Shown here one piece after another: positions 38,501-46,897 of a stretch of 64,000 bases of DNA. Source of the stretch: Minisyncoccota bacterium. GTDB taxonomy: Bacteria; Patescibacteriota; Minisyncoccia; Phycocordibacterales; UBA2100. Where the stretch lies: positions 126,977 to 190,976 of the forward strand of contig DATJXE010000004.1 of assembly GCA_035500505.1 (NCBI GenBank), given 5' to 3'. The position numbers and the translations under genes are program-made. The stretch's first letter is position 1. Each line of letters starts with the position of its first letter. Under the pieces are notes generated by a model that worked only from the letters and a program-made list of their open reading frames with translations, did no database searches and had not been told where the DNA came from.

Positions 38501-38756
38501 ACGTGCGCATCATTTTCTTCGCGCTGTGCTCGTCGATACGGAGATCACCAAACGAAAATTTCACGAGCTCAAGCTCGAATTTCTTGCCGGAGTGATCGGC
38601 GATCGGAGAGAATTCCTTGAAGACGCGCTCTGCTCCGCCTTCAACGAATTCCTTGAACGATGCGATCTGGCTCTCGACCAACGACGGCATTTTCACGAGC
38701 GGCTCCCGGAATTTGCCGAAGTACTTCTGCGGACGCGTCGATTTCTGTTTAGCCAT
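35556..38756 (-). CDS. rpoB: DNA-directed RNA polymerase subunit beta
   Basis: 1066 aa; conserved beta-subunit blocks; 5 nt upstream of rpoC. Confidence 0.95.
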   Translation of the reverse strand: MAKQKSTRPQKYFGKFREPLVKMPSLVESQIASFKEFVEGGAERVFKEFSPIADHSGKKFELELVKFSFGDLRIDEHSAKKMMRTYEAPLSMVVRLRNKTTGDKKEQEIFLADFPWMTAHGTFIINGVERIVVPQLARSYGVFFEGIPYKGKNYFAAKIIPARGVWIEIESDPDGAIYVKIDRKRRFPVTSLLRVLGLKTDAEMMQKFSAKGGGSAAVRDMVSTTLALDHAKSVEEAFVEIYRRLRDGDIATAESARDHVEAILSAERYDFSRVGRFHFNRRFGLPTDEKHLARSTLDLETLVKIITHIVELNANPNAEADDIDHLGFRRVRFAGELLEQRMRVGLSRMKRNIQDRMAMVDPETTLPVSMVNPRPFHAAIREFFTTDQLSQLMQQYNVLDEIEHLRTLSTLGRGGLTSERAGLEVRDVHSSHYGRVCPIHTPEGKNIGLVLHMSLYARPNEFGIIETPYAKVEKGSITKDINYLNALEEEDFAIAHAATPRDDNGKISEKMVEVRKGGKPTLVRREDVDYIEVATNQPFSVATSLIPFVENDDANRALMGSNMQKQAVPLVVPEAPVVATGVESAAARDSGRLVVAEEAGEVTFADAQSIKIKNQDGKTKEYNLVNFMRTNGFTTFHQRPLVSVGDTVRKGTVLADTSTSVGGQLAIGQNVRVAFLPWFGANFEDAIVISERLAKDAKFTSIHMEEFVCVVRDTKLGAEVTTHDIPNVSEFKLRNLDEDGVIRIGAEVRPGDILVGKVTPKGETQLTPEERLLHAIFGEKAKDVKDTSLRMEGGKRGRIVGVKVFSRENGDQLESGVIKRVHVEVAQLRAISVGDKLAGRHGNKGVISRVLPEEDMPFDQDGNPVDIILTPLGVPSRMNLGQIYETHLGLAAEMLGYQAVVPSFASATEVEIKEELKKAGVHESGKRTLFDGRTGEAFAQPVSVGVMYMLKLHHMVEDKIHMRSIGPYSLTTQQPLGGKAQNGGQRVGEMEVWAFLGYGAAYSLREILTIKSDDILGRSAAFDAIVSGKRIEETNTPATFNVLVRHLRGLGIDIEFLEGSESARNS

Positions 38757-38924
38757 GTAGTTGTTTCGTTAACGCGCAGAAACGAGACACACGCTTCATG
38801 CGCCTGCCCGCCTTCGGCGGGTTCTCTATTAAGTTGTCACACTTCTTTTATAAAAAGCCCTGACCCACTTTCTTTACTCAAAGCGCAGGCGCAACTCAAT
38901 CGGCTTGCGAGCAAATGTCGGAAA

Positions 38925-38953
38925 AGTATATATGACCTCCACATAAGAGTCAA
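38925..38953 (-). promoter_or_regulatory. candidate sigma70 promoter for rpoB-rpoC (TTGACT-N17-TATACT on minus strand)
   Basis: Minus-strand read cacTTGACTcttatgtggaggtcataTATACTttt about 160 nt upstream of rpoB start. Confidence 0.35.
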
Positions 38954-38970
38954 GTGAAATCTGCATGAAA

Positions 38971-38998
38971 AAAGGCCCCGCACCGCAGGGCCTTTTCA
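38971..38998 (-). terminator. intrinsic terminator (GGCCCTGC-GGT-GCGGGGCC + TTTTTT on minus strand)
   Basis: Downstream of minus-strand ORF 39022..39258 and upstream of the rpoB promoter. Confidence 0.5.
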
Positions 38999-39021
38999 CG
39001 CCGCATCTTAGTTCGTGACTG

Positions 39022-39258
39022 TTACGCCAGCCGTTGGACCTTGCCATCCACGACGATCGCCGGCACCGAATAGCGGTTGCCGAAATCGTATTGGGTGGGC
39101 TCGCTGCCGAAGCGGCCGCGCGGTCGTGTGATCTGCACGCCATCGTAAACGCCGCGGCCACGTTTTCGCGTACCCACGGAAGCGATAGCGTTGTTGAAAA
39201 GTGCATCGACGATCGGCTGAGTCCGGTCCGTACCGGACGGAATCGTATTCATGGGCAT
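39022..39258 (-). CDS. small hypothetical protein (78 aa)
   Basis: ORF followed by terminator; Gly/Arg-rich. Confidence 0.3.
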   Translation of the reverse strand: MPMNTIPSGTDRTQPIVDALFNNAIASVGTRKRGRGVYDGVQITRPRGRFGSEPTQYDFGNRYSVPAIVVDGKVQRLA

Positions 39259-39391
39259 CCCCTTTGTTCAGCCACGTTCCATCACGAGGCTAAAAGTATA
39301 ATAACACGAATAAAACATTTCTCAAGTAAAGTGAGTCGGGCAATCCAAGAATCTATGGATTGCCCGTTTTTTGAGTTTCCCCATGATCGCC

Positions 39392-39598
39392 TCACACTGT
39401 TGGAGGTCCAAATTTGTCGCTCCACAGAGGCCGACCGTCAAGCCGGACGGCTTTCCATTTGCCGTCGACCTTTCGGACTTCCGCCGCGGCGGCTTGTGTC
39501 CGCCATTCGGGAATGTGAATTTCCCGAACCGTTTTTGGCTCTTCGGGGATGTTAACGACCTCTTCCGGCGCACGGGGCGCCTTAACCATTTTGTTCAT
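39392..39598 (-). CDS. small hypothetical protein (68 aa)
   Basis: GGGAG 9 nt upstream of ATG; alternative overlapping frame 39322..39573 not excluded. Confidence 0.25.
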   Translation of the reverse strand: MNKMVKAPRAPEEVVNIPEEPKTVREIHIPEWRTQAAAAEVRKVDGKWKAVRLDGRPLWSDKFGPPTV

Positions 39599-39676
39599 AA
39601 TTCGTACTCCCTGTTACGGTAACGAATGTAGCGCTTATGCGCCCTAGCACAACTGTAACACCTTATTTGATACATT

Positions 39677-40345
39677 TCAAGCCCCCCGCTTCTTCCACTT
39701 TTCAATTTCCGCATGATGGCCGGAAAGCAGGACTTTCGGCACACGATGTTTTTTGCCCTTCCACTCCAAGACCTCCGGGCGTGTGTAAACTTCCTGGCTG
39801 GAGACGCGGGAACGCTCAAGGGACTCGGCCTTGCCGAGGACTCCGGGCACGAAACGCGCAACGGCGTCGATGACGGTTGCGGCGGGCAATTCCCCTCCCG
39901 TGAGCACGTAGGGGCCCACGGAAACCTTTTTCGCCTTTAGGATTTTCTGCACGCGCGCGTCGATGCCCTCGTAATGCCCGCAAATAAAAACGATATCCTT
40001 CCCGCCTCCACGGCGGGTTGGTTTCGCCAATTTTTGCGCCATCGCTTCGTCGAATTGCGCACCATCGGTGGAGAAAAAGATGATCTCAACTCCCCTTTTC
40101 TTGCCGATCGCTTTTTGCACGGCCCGAAGGATGGGTTCGGGGCGCAGTATCATGCCTGGGCCCCCGCCGTACGGGCGCCTATCAACTCGTTCATCTTGCA
40201 CGCGCTTCGACTTCCGAAGAAAGTCTTTCGGATCATAAAAACTGACCTTTATGCTCCCTCTCTGGCGCGCTTTGCCAATGATGGACGTGCCCAGGTACGG
40301 CTCGATAGACTCCGGGAACAGAGTCACGATATGAAAATGCACCAT
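39677..40345 (-). CDS. trmD: tRNA (guanine37-N1)-methyltransferase
   Basis: MVHFHIVTLFPE...YGGGPGMIL...FICGHYEGID...GGELPA SPOUT-family signatures. Confidence 0.9.
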   Translation of the reverse strand: MVHFHIVTLFPESIEPYLGTSIIGKARQRGSIKVSFYDPKDFLRKSKRVQDERVDRRPYGGGPGMILRPEPILRAVQKAIGKKRGVEIIFFSTDGAQFDEAMAQKLAKPTRRGGGKDIVFICGHYEGIDARVQKILKAKKVSVGPYVLTGGELPAATVIDAVARFVPGVLGKAESLERSRVSSQEVYTRPEVLEWKGKKHRVPKVLLSGHHAEIEKWKKRGA

Positions 40346-40352
40346 AGGCGCT

Positions 40353-40685
40353 TTATTGACCCGACTTCAGGTCGTTGATGACGTCGTCGACGGTCGTGTC
40401 TTTTTCGTAAGGCATACTCTGCCCGGCCGCGCGTTCACTCCCCTCCGGTTCCTCGATCTTGAGATTGACGCGAGCGTCGTTCTTCATGCCGACGACGCGC
40501 AGGATGGTACGGATTGCTTTTGCGGTCGCGCCGGAACGGCCGATGACCTTGCCCATGTCGTCCTTGTTGACGCTCATGAGAAGGAGCACGCCCATTTCGT
40601 CGACGGTGCGCGTTATCTTCACGTCTTCTGGATGCTCAACCAACGCCTTCACTACGTATTCCAAGAATTGCTGATCTCGTTCCAT
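40353..40685 (-). CDS. KH-domain RNA-binding protein (YlqC/UPF0109 family)
   Basis: GKVIGRSGATAKAIRTIL GxxG-type KH motif; conserved position between rpsP and trmD. Confidence 0.75.
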   Translation of the reverse strand: MERDQQFLEYVVKALVEHPEDVKITRTVDEMGVLLLMSVNKDDMGKVIGRSGATAKAIRTILRVVGMKNDARVNLKIEEPEGSERAAGQSMPYEKDTTVDDVINDLKSGQ

Positions 40686-40723
40686 ACAGAATGTCTGTTA
40701 GTACTATTGGTAACTATGGGAAA

Positions 40724-41095
40724 TTACTCTGCCTTCGCCTCAGCGGCAGGGACCTCTGGAACAGCCGGAGCCTCCGCAGGTGCTTCTGCAACAGGAGCAG
40801 CTTCGGCGACCGGAGCTTCCGGTGCTTTGTAGCTCGGGAGTACATTTATTTTCTTACCGGAAATGACGCCACTCGAAACGAGCATGTTGTGCATCGTCGC
40901 TGAAGGCTTGGCCCCCACCGACATCCAGTACTTTACTCGCGCCTCATCAAGCGAACGGGCCTTGGTGCGTGGGTTGTAGGTGCCGAGCTTTTCGACGAAT
41001 TTGCCCGCCTTCGGAGAGGCGGTGTGTTCGGTAACGACAATGCGATAAGAGGGCTGATTGATGCGCCCAACTCGCTGCATTCGTATCTTCAACAT
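40724..41095 (-). CDS. rpsP: 30S ribosomal protein S16 with Ala/Pro-rich C-terminal extension
   Basis: MLKIRMQRVGRINQPSYRIVV...; about 35-aa APVAEAAPVAEAPAEAPAVPEVPAAEAKAE tail. Confidence 0.9.
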   Translation of the reverse strand: MLKIRMQRVGRINQPSYRIVVTEHTASPKAGKFVEKLGTYNPRTKARSLDEARVKYWMSVGAKPSATMHNMLVSSGVISGKKINVLPSYKAPEAPVAEAAPVAEAPAEAPAVPEVPAAEAKAE

Positions 41096-41188
41096 AACCG
41101 CGACACTGTACCTTGGAATATTGAAAAGTTCAAGCCGACGATGGGAGGCCCCACCGTCGGCTGTGTTCGCGATAATCCGGCCAAATCG

Positions 41189-41548
41189 TTAGCCGATCAA
41201 AATAAGGCTGTCCTCGACCAAGAGGTTCATCGCCTCAAGATGAGCCTCTTGCTCATCATTCGAATTGCAGGCCGGGACGGAAAGGTCGAAACCGCATCCT
41301 CGCAGCCGGTCAAGCTCATCGATCGGCATGGGCGCCCAATCTTCTTCCTTCCCTGGCTTCCAGAGGTAGAACGAGTGCAGTTCGGTGTCCCTGGGAACCA
41401 GCCGCTCCTGTGGCACCTCGATCACGAGGTGCAAGAAGCGAACGCCCTCGACCTCGTAATCTTCGATCGACTCCGGCTTATACGCACCGTTCCCGCATTG
41501 TATATCTTCCAGCTGCATCGACGTCTCCCTCGCTAGCTCGGTCCACAA
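41189..41548 (-). CDS. hypothetical protein (119 aa)
   Basis: ORF only. Confidence 0.3.
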   Translation of the reverse strand: MWTELARETSMQLEDIQCGNGAYKPESIEDYEVEGVRFLHLVIEVPQERLVPRDTELHSFYLWKPGKEEDWAPMPIDELDRLRGCGFDLSVPACNSNDEQEAHLEAMNLLVEDSLILIG

Positions 41549-41581
41549 GGCTGAGCTGGAGGCACTGTAATATAACGCCTC

Positions 41582-43792
41582 TTACTTCGCCACCCGTTCC
41601 GCTTCCTCAAGTTTGACCGACAACAGCTTCGAAACCCCATCCTGCCCCATCGTGACGCCATACAGTTCTCCTGCCGCAGCCATGGTGGCGCGGTTGTGGG
41701 TGATGACGATGAGTTGCGACTTTGCCCCGAGCTCTTTGATCATGTCGGCGTAGCGCTTCGAGTTGGCTTCGTCGAGCGCGGCGTCTGTTTCATCGAGTAT
41801 CAAAAAGGGCGGCGGGTTCACCTGCGACATCGAGAAAATGAGGGCGATAGAGGTGAGCGCGCGCTCGCCGCCGGAAAGGACGTCGAGTCCGGTTATCTTC
41901 TTACGCGGCAGGTGCACCGAGACCGAAAGTCCGGCATACAACTCCTCTTCCTCGTCGAGACCTTGTTCCTCGTCTTCGTCGTCCGCGTCAATGCGACGCC
42001 TTGATGCACGTCTGGGTTCTTCGATCTGTAGCTTGGCGTCCCCGCCACCGAAGAGCTTTTGGAAAAAGCCTTTGAGCGCCTCGTTGATGTGTTTGAGACC
42101 GTCCCTGAACTTCTCGTCTATCGTCTTTTCAAGTTCTGCGATGATGTCTTTGAGCGAGGCGGCCGAAGTCTCGAGATCGATAAGCTCTTTCGCAAGAAAC
42201 TCGTCGCGTTCTTTGGTTTGGTTGAACTCTTTGACGACCACGTCCCCATTCCCGACACCGGATTCTTCTATCTTTATCTTCAAGCGCTCGATATCGCGGC
42301 GATGCTTTTCCTGTGTGCTTCTGTCCTCCGAAAGCGCCCCTTCCGGGATCTCTCCGCTCTCCCACCCTCGGATGCCGGGGCCGATAAGAGCAACGCCTTC
42401 GCGCACTTCTTCTTCAAATCGTTGGCGCGACCCCGAGAGCTGGACGCGCGCGGAGTTGGAGAGGTCGAGCTTGCTGCGCACCTCGCGTATCTTCGACTCA
42501 AGCTCGACGGACTCGCGCTCCGCTTTGAACGACGCTTCCCTGCTTTGTGCGATGCCCGCGCGCGCCATATCGACGTCGGTCGAAAGTTTCGCTTCTTCAC
42601 TCTCCGCCTGTTTCAGGGACGCGGAGAGACGCTCCACGTCTTGGCGGACCTCTTCGTTGGTCGCAGGCGCGGTGCCGGAGAGGCCGTCGACGAACGCCCT
42701 GATGCGGCCTCGGACATCGGCGATGACAGAGCGCAGCGACGCCGTATCCTCGACCCGCTCCGCCGAAGAAAGCGTTTCATCCACCTCCCGGACGAACTGC
42801 CGCACGTGCGGCACGGGGACGATGGCTTCGACCGTCACGTTGGTCGCTTCGAGCGCGCCTTCGGCACGGCCGAGCTCGCGAGCAAGTTCCTCCCGACGTT
42901 TTCGAACGTCGGCGAGCTTTGTCTCCAACTCTTGAACGCGACTTTGCAGACCCAGGACCGCGTTCGATGCGGCACCGCCTTTCTTTCCGGTCGCTTCGTG
43001 CAGCCTCGCGGTGAGTTGTTTGAGTTCGTGTTCATGCGCCCGCGCATCTTCCAAAAGCCGCGCGTCCTCCTGCTGGATCCAGGCATTTTCGCGCGCGAGA
43101 TAATCGTTGAGTTTGTGCGCAAGCTCATCTTTGAGCTCGCGAGCCTTTTCTATCTTTTCGACCTGATGACGAAGGAAATTGAGATGTGGAGCGATCTCGC
43201 GCCGGAGCGATCTTGTCTTCTCGATATTGATGCCGGTCTCTTCGAGTTTGCGTTCGCTCTCTATTTTCTTGTGTTGATATAACTTCAGACCAAGTGCGTC
43301 CTCGACCATCTCCCGCCGTTCGCGCGGTGAGGCGTTCAGTATCCTGTCAGCCTCGCCCTGCGAAATTATCTGATACCCCGAGCCGCCGATATTGGCGCCC
43401 GCGAGTAAGCGAATGACGTCCTTGAGCCGCACGACGGAACCGTTGAGCACGTATTCGTTCTGCCCGTCGCGATACACGACGCGCTCCACAACGACCTCTT
43501 TGAAATCGATATCGAGCAATCGTTTGGAATTATCAAAAACGACCTTCACGCTCGCCCTGTTTTGTCGAGGCATCGCGGGCGAACCGCCCCAGATGAGGTC
43601 CTCGCCTTTTCTTGAGCGCATGCTCTTCATCGACTGCTCGCCGAGCACGAAGCGGAACGCTTCGGCAACGTTGGATTTTCCCGAGCCGTTAGGTCCAACT
43701 ATGGAAGAGATCGTCGAGCCGAACACGAGCTCGGTCTTTTTGCCGAACGATTTGAACCCCGAAAGCTCGATGGATTTGAGTGCGAGGAACAT
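41582..43792 (-). CDS. smc: SMC-family chromosome segregation ATPase, unusually short (736 aa)
   Basis: N-terminal Walker A (GPNGSGKSN), C-terminal signature LSGGE and Walker B LILDETDAALD; coiled-coil-type central region; conserved rnc-smc synteny. Confidence 0.75.
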   Translation of the reverse strand: MFLALKSIELSGFKSFGKKTELVFGSTISSIVGPNGSGKSNVAEAFRFVLGEQSMKSMRSRKGEDLIWGGSPAMPRQNRASVKVVFDNSKRLLDIDFKEVVVERVVYRDGQNEYVLNGSVVRLKDVIRLLAGANIGGSGYQIISQGEADRILNASPRERREMVEDALGLKLYQHKKIESERKLEETGINIEKTRSLRREIAPHLNFLRHQVEKIEKARELKDELAHKLNDYLARENAWIQQEDARLLEDARAHEHELKQLTARLHEATGKKGGAASNAVLGLQSRVQELETKLADVRKRREELARELGRAEGALEATNVTVEAIVPVPHVRQFVREVDETLSSAERVEDTASLRSVIADVRGRIRAFVDGLSGTAPATNEEVRQDVERLSASLKQAESEEAKLSTDVDMARAGIAQSREASFKAERESVELESKIREVRSKLDLSNSARVQLSGSRQRFEEEVREGVALIGPGIRGWESGEIPEGALSEDRSTQEKHRRDIERLKIKIEESGVGNGDVVVKEFNQTKERDEFLAKELIDLETSAASLKDIIAELEKTIDEKFRDGLKHINEALKGFFQKLFGGGDAKLQIEEPRRASRRRIDADDEDEEQGLDEEEELYAGLSVSVHLPRKKITGLDVLSGGERALTSIALIFSMSQVNPPPFLILDETDAALDEANSKRYADMIKELGAKSQLIVITHNRATMAAAGELYGVTMGQDGVSKLLSVKLEEAERVAK

Positions 43793-43861
43793 TGGTCTCT
43801 ATTGTAGCAAAAAACACGAAGCCCCGGGCCGGATTGCCCAGGGCTTTCAACTTGCATGAAC

Positions 43862-44194
43862 TCAGGCCGGTCCGCGATCGTCGACGACGAGCAATCGCAC
43901 GGTTTGAGTCTCCCCGATGTGCACCTGCTTCATGGAGGTCCGACCGAATGGCATGTTCGGATCAAGCGCGTGAGCCATGGCCGACGATGTTTTAATGCAC
44001 CACTCGTCGCAGAATTTGAAGCGCACATTCTGCCCGACCACTCCGAATTTGACCGGCGACGACATCGACGTCTGCCTGACGAGGCCATCTTCGGTAAATT
44101 CCTTGCCCAGCGGAACTTCGCTTTTCCGCACCTGTTCTCCGCGAAGCGACACGATTTTCGTGCAGTCCGCGTCGCGTGCCGAATTATCGCTCAT
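43862..44194 (-). CDS. hypothetical protein (110 aa)
   Basis: ORF only; Cys pair FCDEWC. Confidence 0.3.
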   Translation of the reverse strand: MSDNSARDADCTKIVSLRGEQVRKSEVPLGKEFTEDGLVRQTSMSSPVKFGVVGQNVRFKFCDEWCIKTSSAMAHALDPNMPFGRTSMKQVHIGETQTVRLLVVDDRGPA

Positions 44195-44249
44195 AGAGCC
44201 TCCCCTTTCGATGGTCCGTTTTGCCGAGAATCCCAGGAGAAACTTTGCC

Positions 44250-44936
44250 TTACCACCCCTTCGCTGTCAAAGCCTTTTCAGCGGCAGCTTGTTCGGCTTC
44301 TTGTTTGGACCGGCCCTCGCCTGTGGCCACCTTGTCGTTGCCGATGAAGGCGCCGACGACGAATGTTTTGTCATGGTCGGGACCGGATTGGTCGAGCAAT
44401 TGGTATGCGGGTGTGATGCCGAGTTTTTCTTGCGCGGATTCCTGGAAACGGCTTTTGGCGTCCTGCCAGAGTCTGCGTGCGACGACGTCGTCGGTTTTGT
44501 GGAAGAGCTGTTTGGCGATGAAATCCTTCGCGGCGACGTAGCCCTGGTCGAGGTAGAGCGCGCCGATGAGCGCTTCAAATGCATTTGCGAGGATGATCTG
44601 CCTGGCGCGCCCCGTATCTTTCGCTTCGCCCCGCGAGAGCAAGAGAAAGTCGTTCATCCCGAGCTTTTGCGCGGCGTCGGAAATTGACTGGGTGTTGACG
44701 AGCGCCGCGCGGTAGGCAGTGAGGTCGCCCTCCGGCTTCGTCGGATATTTCTCAAAAAGAAATTCGGTAACGACGAGTTCCAAGACGGCGTCGCCGAGAA
44801 ATTCCAACCGCTCGTTGTGCTCGCGTACCGCATCGCGGTTCTCGTTCAAATACGAGCGGTGCGTGAACGCGCTTTCTAGCAAACGCTTATCGCGGAACAC
44901 GTGACCGATCCGTTTTTCGAAAACATCGAATTCCAT
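44250..44936 (-). CDS. rnc: ribonuclease III
   Basis: RNase III signature ERLEFLGDAVLELVV; C-terminal dsRBD (GEGRSKQEAEQAAAEKAL); ATG 44936 preferred over ORF-track extension. Confidence 0.9.
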   Translation of the reverse strand: MEFDVFEKRIGHVFRDKRLLESAFTHRSYLNENRDAVREHNERLEFLGDAVLELVVTEFLFEKYPTKPEGDLTAYRAALVNTQSISDAAQKLGMNDFLLLSRGEAKDTGRARQIILANAFEALIGALYLDQGYVAAKDFIAKQLFHKTDDVVARRLWQDAKSRFQESAQEKLGITPAYQLLDQSGPDHDKTFVVGAFIGNDKVATGEGRSKQEAEQAAAEKALTAKGW

Positions 44937-44941
44937 AGATC

Positions 44942-45871
44942 TTATTTCTTCTTCGACCCCTGTTCGCGTATCTTCGCAAGAGCCTTGATGGCCGGGATGA
45001 CTATTTTGTTGAGCGAGTCGTCGTAAAAGTTGAGGTCGCCGACGGCTGAAAGCGGGAACCACTGCGCGTCGTCGAGCCCTCCGGAACTTCCGAGGCGTAC
45101 CTCCGTGAACGGAGATTTCGCCAAGAAATAGGTGACGCGTTTTTTCTTTTTCCCGCCCTCGATCTTCGAATCATTGGCGACGTATTCGTTCACGCCAAGC
45201 TGTTCGACGATCTCGATATCAAGATTCATTTCTTCCTTTATTTCGCGGATCGCGCCCTGTTCGATATCCTCGCCGGGTTCGATCTTGCCCTTTGAAATGG
45301 TCCAATGCCCGAAAATATCGTGCACGAACGCGAGATAGTACTCGCCTTGGTTTTCCGCGTACACGACGGCTCCCGCAAGTTCTTCGAGCGGCATTTTCGA
45401 AGGCTTCTGGCTCTGCTGCTTGCGCGGCGTTCCGTCGGCCTTGCCCGGCTCGCCAAGCTCTATATACACGGCGCCCAGAACGCCATTGACGAAACGGCCG
45501 GAGGAATTGCTTCCGAACGTTTTGGCGAGCTCTATCGCCTCGTTTATGGCCACCTTGGCCGGCACCTGCGCTCGGTCGGCGTATAAAAGTTCCCCAAGTC
45601 CCAGCCGCAGGATATTGCGGTCGATGGCGGCGATCTTCTCGAGCGGCCATTCGGGCGCGGCGCGAACGATGACCTCGTCTATTTCTTTTTGTTTGGCGAG
45701 GATCATCTGGAGGAGCTGCTTCATGAACGGCATGTCGGAATCCCGAGCGCCGAATTCTTTGGAGTAATCGCTCAAGCGCCCGATGCATTCATCGAGCGAC
45801 ATGGTGCCGTTCTGGTCGCGCTCGAAAAGCACTTGAAGAACGATGGAACGCGCTAGGTGTCTGTTGGCCAT
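44942..45871 (-). CDS. nusB: NusB antitermination factor fused to a C-terminal NUDIX hydrolase domain
   Basis: N-terminal about 140 aa NusB-like (RHLARSIVLQVLFERD...NEAIELAKTFGSNSSGRFVNGVLGAV); C-terminal Nudix box GKIEPGEDIEQGAIREIKEEMNL (Gx5Ex7REUxEExGU). Confidence 0.75.
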   Translation of the reverse strand: MANRHLARSIVLQVLFERDQNGTMSLDECIGRLSDYSKEFGARDSDMPFMKQLLQMILAKQKEIDEVIVRAAPEWPLEKIAAIDRNILRLGLGELLYADRAQVPAKVAINEAIELAKTFGSNSSGRFVNGVLGAVYIELGEPGKADGTPRKQQSQKPSKMPLEELAGAVVYAENQGEYYLAFVHDIFGHWTISKGKIEPGEDIEQGAIREIKEEMNLDIEIVEQLGVNEYVANDSKIEGGKKKKRVTYFLAKSPFTEVRLGSSGGLDDAQWFPLSAVGDLNFYDDSLNKIVIPAIKALAKIREQGSKKK

Positions 45872-45918
45872 ACTTCGCTAAAGATCAAGGGATAAAGAGC
45901 TGAAGAACCGGGCGGCTT

Positions 45919-46182
45919 CTATGTCGCCGCCTCTTTTTGGCCTGTATCTTGTCCTGATTCTCGGAGCGCTTTCTCGCGGCGCTTCATGCGGCGGTCGGCA
46001 CGCTTTTTCTGCGCGACGATGTCGATGACGACGCGGCCTTTGTACATGCCGGTCACGGGATTCACGCGGTGCGGCAGGTAGAGGTTGCCCGCCGAATCCT
46101 TGGCGAGGCGCATGCCCTTGAGCGCGTGATGAGAGCGCCGCTTGGCGGTTTGGGAACGATTGCGACGCATTCGTACTACCAT
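45919..46182 (-). CDS. rpmF: 50S ribosomal protein L32 with basic C-terminal extension
   Basis: MVVRMRRNRSQTAKRRSHHAL...LPHRVNPVTGMYKGRVVI matches the L32 pattern; ORF-track N-terminal extension rejected. Confidence 0.75.
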   Translation of the reverse strand: MVVRMRRNRSQTAKRRSHHALKGMRLAKDSAGNLYLPHRVNPVTGMYKGRVVIDIVAQKKRADRRMKRREKALRESGQDTGQKEAAT

Positions 46183-46229
46183 ATGTCGAGGAGTATACCG
46201 AAAAATCCTGCTTTTGCAATGAAGGATAT

Positions 46230-46850
46230 TCACGCGGCGACGGGCTCGAACCCGAATATCTTCGTGCAGAACGTAATACGATGCAGCTCGCACACGCCTT
46301 CGCGTTTGATGCTTTTCCTGTGGTCGGCGGTGCCGTACCCTTTGTGTTCGTCGAAACGGTACGCCGTGTGAGTTTCGGCGAGATCTTCCATAAGCCTATC
46401 GCGGGTCACTTTGGCAATGATGGAAGCGAACGAGATGGCCGGAATAGTTTCGTCTCCTCGTATAAAAGATTCCTGTGACCACTTCCTCGGCACGCGCAGC
46501 CCCGCGTCGAGCAAGACCTCGACGCGCGAGGGCCGGATAGCGAGCGCCGAGATAGCGAGCGCGGCGGCCTCATTGGCGGCGTTCACAATGCCTATTTCGT
46601 CTATCGTTTTCGCATCGACGAATGCGGAAGCGTGGCGCAGGCGCCCGTGCATCGTGATGTAATCGAAGAGAATGTCGCGCTGCTGTGCCGTGAGCTGTTT
46701 AGAGTCGCGCAGCACGGGTTTTCCTTTCTTGGTGACGAGCGCGAACGCTTCTTCCCAATCGAGATCTTCGGGATAGAGGACCGCTCCGACGCACACAGGC
46801 CCCGCGAGCGCACCTCGACCGGCTTCGTCGATGCCTATCACCCAATTCAC
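46230..46850 (-). CDS. rnhB: ribonuclease HII
   Basis: MNWVIGIDEAGRGALAGPVCVGAV (DEAGRG catalytic motif). Confidence 0.9.
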   Translation of the reverse strand: MNWVIGIDEAGRGALAGPVCVGAVLYPEDLDWEEAFALVTKKGKPVLRDSKQLTAQQRDILFDYITMHGRLRHASAFVDAKTIDEIGIVNAANEAAALAISALAIRPSRVEVLLDAGLRVPRKWSQESFIRGDETIPAISFASIIAKVTRDRLMEDLAETHTAYRFDEHKGYGTADHRKSIKREGVCELHRITFCTKIFGFEPVAA

Positions 46851-46897
46851 CCTTCAATTGTAGCAAGCGAAAGGGCCCAAAAACGCATGAATAGGCC

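Noticed and set aside
31897-38957. Very long plus-strand ORFs (1220, 637, 326, 272 aa) across 31.9-39.0 kb
   Set aside because: All are antisense to rpoC/rpoB, whose identity is unambiguous; typical stop-codon-poor antisense frames in GC-rich DNA.
41763-43282. Plus-strand ORFs of 390 and 407 aa
   Set aside because: Antisense to smc; Ser/Arg-rich composition typical of antisense frames.
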